A DNA stretch of 64,000 nt from Lophium mytilinum (lineage: Eukaryota), in the NCBI GenBank assembly GCA_010093605.1, contig MU004195.1:744001-808000 (forward strand), read 5' to 3'. Positions 60,191-64,000 of the stretch are shown here, piece by piece. Position 1 is the first letter of the stretch; each line of letters starts with the position of its first letter. Below the pieces are notes generated by a model. That model was not told the origin of the DNA. It was given only the letters and a program-made list of their open reading frames with translations, and did no database searches. A program made the translations under genes and the position numbers.

Positions 60191-62827
60191 ATGTCCATCT
60201 CCGAGTCCACCGCCGACCTAGGCAAGGCCGGCCAGGACGTCAAAGCCGCACGAGCCAAGGAAGACGCGGACGAGCTGGCGAAGCTCGATGCAATTATTGA
60301 TCGCATCCGCAAAGTCGTTCCAACAGAACCATACATCCTATCCACACCAACCGACCTCCCTTACCACCGCGTCGACGACCAAGAACGCCGCAGCTGGATG
60401 ATTGGTGATTTGTGGGAGCCCCGAGAGGAGTACCGCCAGTATCAGACCTGGCAATACCGCGATCGCGAGGACACCGTATACGCCCTTCGGTCCGCTGTCG
60501 ACGAGCGAATGCAGAAAGAAGCCGCATTGGCATCTTCTAAGAATCGTCTCAAGTCCAACTTTATGGCGACTCCAGCGGCGGGGGCCAAAAAGATGAGCTA
60601 CAGCGACTATGCCAAAGCCAAGCAGGCCAATGGGACTCTCGGGACTCCGTTGTCGAAGAAACCTTCCCCAGAGCTTGGCCCGGTGCAGCCACAGCAAGCT
60701 CAGAAGCCTCAGACTAATGGCATCAAGCCTGTTGTCAATGGTCATCCAGCCCCCGTTCAAGCCCCAGTCCAACAGGGACAGAAGCGCGCCCTGGACGTTA
60801 CCCCATCCGACCTACTCCAGGACATCCTCAAGGAAGCCGGTGGTGATGCACCACCCCCAGCGAAAAAGCTCAAGCCAGCATCGCCGCGCCCAGCTCAGCA
60901 CTCCAAGTCCTCCTCCAATGCGTCTAGTCAATCAAACTCCACCCCTCATGGTCTCCCCCCAATGCTTTCCCCAACATCATTTCCGAATCCTTATGGCCTC
61001 CCTCCCATCTTGTCACCAACTCTTCCCGCAAATGTTCAAGCAGAACTTGCTCGCATCGAGTCTCGAAAACGCGCCGACTCAAATGTGTCGTCGTCGTCGT
61101 CAAGCCAACTGCTTTCCGTTCCGGAGCTAAAGAACAAGAGGAGCGACGAATCGTTGAAGGGAGTCGCTCGGAAAGTTCTCAAGAATGGGGAAGTCAAGTC
61201 CCGAATAGACAGCGCTGAATCGAAGATCGCTACTTCAACACCAGTTCGAAATCACGTCCGGGATGAACCTCAAAAGGAGTCGCCGGTCAAAGCAGTGAAG
61301 AGACTCATGGTCAAGTTGAAGTATGGCAGGAAGAATAGGAATCAAGTCGAGCGATTCCTCAGGTTACCAGCTGCCAGCCAGAAGAAAGAACGACAGGCTG
61401 AGCGGGAGAAAGAAAGGCAAGCTGAGAAGGAGAAGGACCGTCAGGCTGAGAGGGAGAAAGACCGCCAAGCTGAAAGGGAAGAGTTATTGAGGATGAAAGA
61501 GCGAGCAACGAAGAACAAGCTGAAGCAAGAGGAAAGAGACAGGGCGGAAGCCAAGGCCAAGCAAGACGCTGCCAAAGAGAAGGTTCTCAAAAGCGCACTC
61601 TCCACACCAGCTCTCAAGAAAGTATCTGCCACGATGTCCGACACCTCGGCAACGTCAAAGTCCGCAAAACGCCCTCGCGAGTCCGACGATGTACCCACTG
61701 TCCACTCCAAGCGCGTCAAGGCACCGGCAGAACTCGAACTCGACAAGCGACCCAGCACGCCCTCTGACCAGGCTATCCCTTCTCCAGCCTTGACCACTGC
61801 ATCAAGTGCTCAGAAGTCAGGTAGTCACCTCATTACCCCCCGCAAAGACCTGAGAGCATTGAACATGATTCGAGCTATCTCGTCACCAGGTAACGATTCC
61901 ACCCCTGGCCGCGGCTCCACTCCGACAATTTCTTCGAAGCCAGTCGATGGGAAGACATCAGTACCCGCTTCACAGAAGAACGAGACGATGCGCCGGAGTG
62001 TTTCCGGTTGGTTGGAGTGCCAGAAGAAAGCGACCGACATTGGGCGCAATTTGAAGCACGACGCTACAAGAATTGAGGGCGAGGCCAAGACTTTGAAGCA
62101 AGGCGCTAAGGATGCCACAGCAATGCGCATCGCCTTGATGAGCATTGACTGTATCCTGTAAGATCCCCTAAACCACTTTCATCCTCAGCATTCCATCCTC
62201 TCCATGCCTATCGAAGATCCTCCAATTCATTTCCTGCGCTAATATTCCCGCAGTGCCTTCATGATCGCCTTTCACGCTGGAGATGCCAGCCAACACGTGC
62301 AAAGCCGCCCCCCAAATATCGATAACACATGGCGTACCCTTCTAACGCTGACCCACTCCTTCAAACCTCGCACCGTCCCTTACCGAGACCTCGAAAACCT
62401 CCGCATTACCCTAGCCTCCATCATTGCTACCCGCATCGCCAACCAGCCGCGCCCCAGCAACATTAGCAACATGACGACCGCAGAAGCCGCTCAAGCATAC
62501 TACAACTTGAACAAAGACATGAACAGCGTCATGCGCCTGTCCGCTGAGGCCACGACGGCACTGCCTACTTCCACCATCATCGAGAAGTATCCCCAGACCT
62601 GGGAGCTACGGTCCCGCGCCACGCCTCAGGCATTCCAACAGAAGGACTTTGGCAACCACGGCGAGCTCACCGGTCCCTTCTGGCTGCCGATCGGCCCCTG
62701 CACTTTCCCCATCCACGGCGTGAGATTCGGCATCGCGTACATGAACGAGTTCATGGAGCACAAGGGCACAGACTACGGCATGCTCAAGGTGCAAGCTTTC
62801 CTCGACCGAAAAGCCGACGAAGCATAA
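60191..62827 (+). CDS. Large low-complexity nuclear protein, Ebp1 (Ell-binding)-like C-terminal domain
   Basis: ATG at 60191; PYILSTP...YQTWQY, LPPILSPTLP, VKLKYGRK; intron 62158-62253; helical C-terminal domain. Family is recalled, not searched. Confidence 0.65.
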
Positions 62828-64000
62828 GGCACTCCCGTTGCCAAAACCCGTCTTCTCCTATTTGTTAATTAATATTCCTTACTATCAGGGTGCTACCCCA
62901 CATTACGGGGCGTTGCGTTTCTGGCGTTTGAATTCCACGGACTATGGATCGGGGGTCCCGGCGATTTGCGGGGTTTTGGTACCGGGCTTGGATTCCCGGA
63001 TGGATGGATGGATGGATGGATTCAGGCGTGTGATATATTGGTCTCTGATACCCCCCCTTTTCCCTTAGTCTGCGCGTACTGCGGAGATTTTGTGCATAGG
63101 CACTGGCATTGCGGTTGTGTAGTATAGCGGATACCGCCCGGTCTGGGTGCGATGATTGCGAGAGTGAGGAATAGAGCGAGAACTGTTCAATTTTGGTGCC
63201 GGGTATTGAGTGAGTGAGTGATGCAGTGATGCGTGTGTGGGTGTGAGAAGCTCCGACGTATGTACTATCGGAAACTGGGGGCCGGCAGATACCGCTTTCA
63301 ATCTGTGTACAGCAAATTTTTACCTGGTGTCCATAACGCAATTTGTTTTTCGTGAGAGTTCATATTCGAGCGACGTGAGGACGAATATGGGTACTAGGGA
63401 CGACGGGCTTGGTAACGAGCAGGACATGACATCGTGAGCAGTTGGCGCGTAGCGAGTTTGTCTATTGGAGCTGTACCCACGAAATCGCTGCATATTCTCC
63501 GTGCCTCGTGAAGGTCATCCATGTGCTCCAAGAATGAAGTAGTACAGTACTGCGCCATTAGTTTGGGCACACGGACATCACTACTTGAGTGCCGCTTTTG
63601 CAAGCCGGACGCTACTTTCAGCGGTGGCCTCACCGCGAGGATGCTTCTTAGTCAATAGGAAGCGTAGATTACATTGTGTAAGTCTTGACTTCACGCTTGT
63701 GTTGCGCTCACCCCACAGGGGCACTCCAAGCCGTGGCAAACAAAGGTGCACAGAGTTATGGCCTGTCACTGTAGGCTCCGCCACATAGAGTGACATTGCA
63801 AGCTTTCAGTCGATCCAAAGCATAGAGCAATGTCTGTTCCAAAGCTTTGAGAAGAGATAAGGGAACCCGATGAGCTCTAAACAGCCATAAAACAGACATA
63901 ATTTCATCTAGTCAAATGAAGACTTGATCCTAAAATGCCACAAACGCCAACTCCACCGTCCAATCGTGCCTATCTTCATTCCTAATAACCGTGCTGCGAC

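Noticed and set aside
62997..63021. (GGAT)n microsatellite; also a 10-bp tandem at 36557-36582 and a 22-bp duplication near 23165-23205
   Set aside because: Ordinary short slippage repeats.

Overview
Gene-dense eukaryotic DNA from a filamentous ascomycete, probably a Dothideomycete (inferred from protein families, short GT-AG introns with CTRAC branch sites and RIP-like TpA-rich patches). About 20 protein genes were reconstructed by hand across introns. They include a Lys-rich protein running off the left edge, three RING-finger paralogues, TFIIH SSL1, a Chs7-family chaperone, an MFS sugar porter, PMT2 and a purple acid phosphatase. Further along are an ankyrin protein, enolase-phosphatase E1 (UTR4), a Ksp1-like kinase, a WW/low-complexity protein, an F-box/LRR-like protein and SUZ12. 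The right end holds a secreted protein, a WD40 protein, a broken HeLo-pseudokinase, Byr4, XRCC4-like and an Ebp1-like protein. The most notable signals are: (1) an AUG-less, coding-like in-frame extension of the sugar porter, with a candidate AUU start 144 codons upstream and a dileucine sorting motif; (2) SUZ12 spliced to a PHD finger lacking the H3K4me3 cage; (3) a frame-preserving 159-bp tandem repeat ORF inside a 1.1-kb intron; (4) three long introns in UTR4; (5) a ~180-bp satellite with internal palindromes; (6) several decayed accessory genes. No rRNA, tRNA, CRISPR or intact transposon was seen. Family assignments come from recalled motifs, not database searches.
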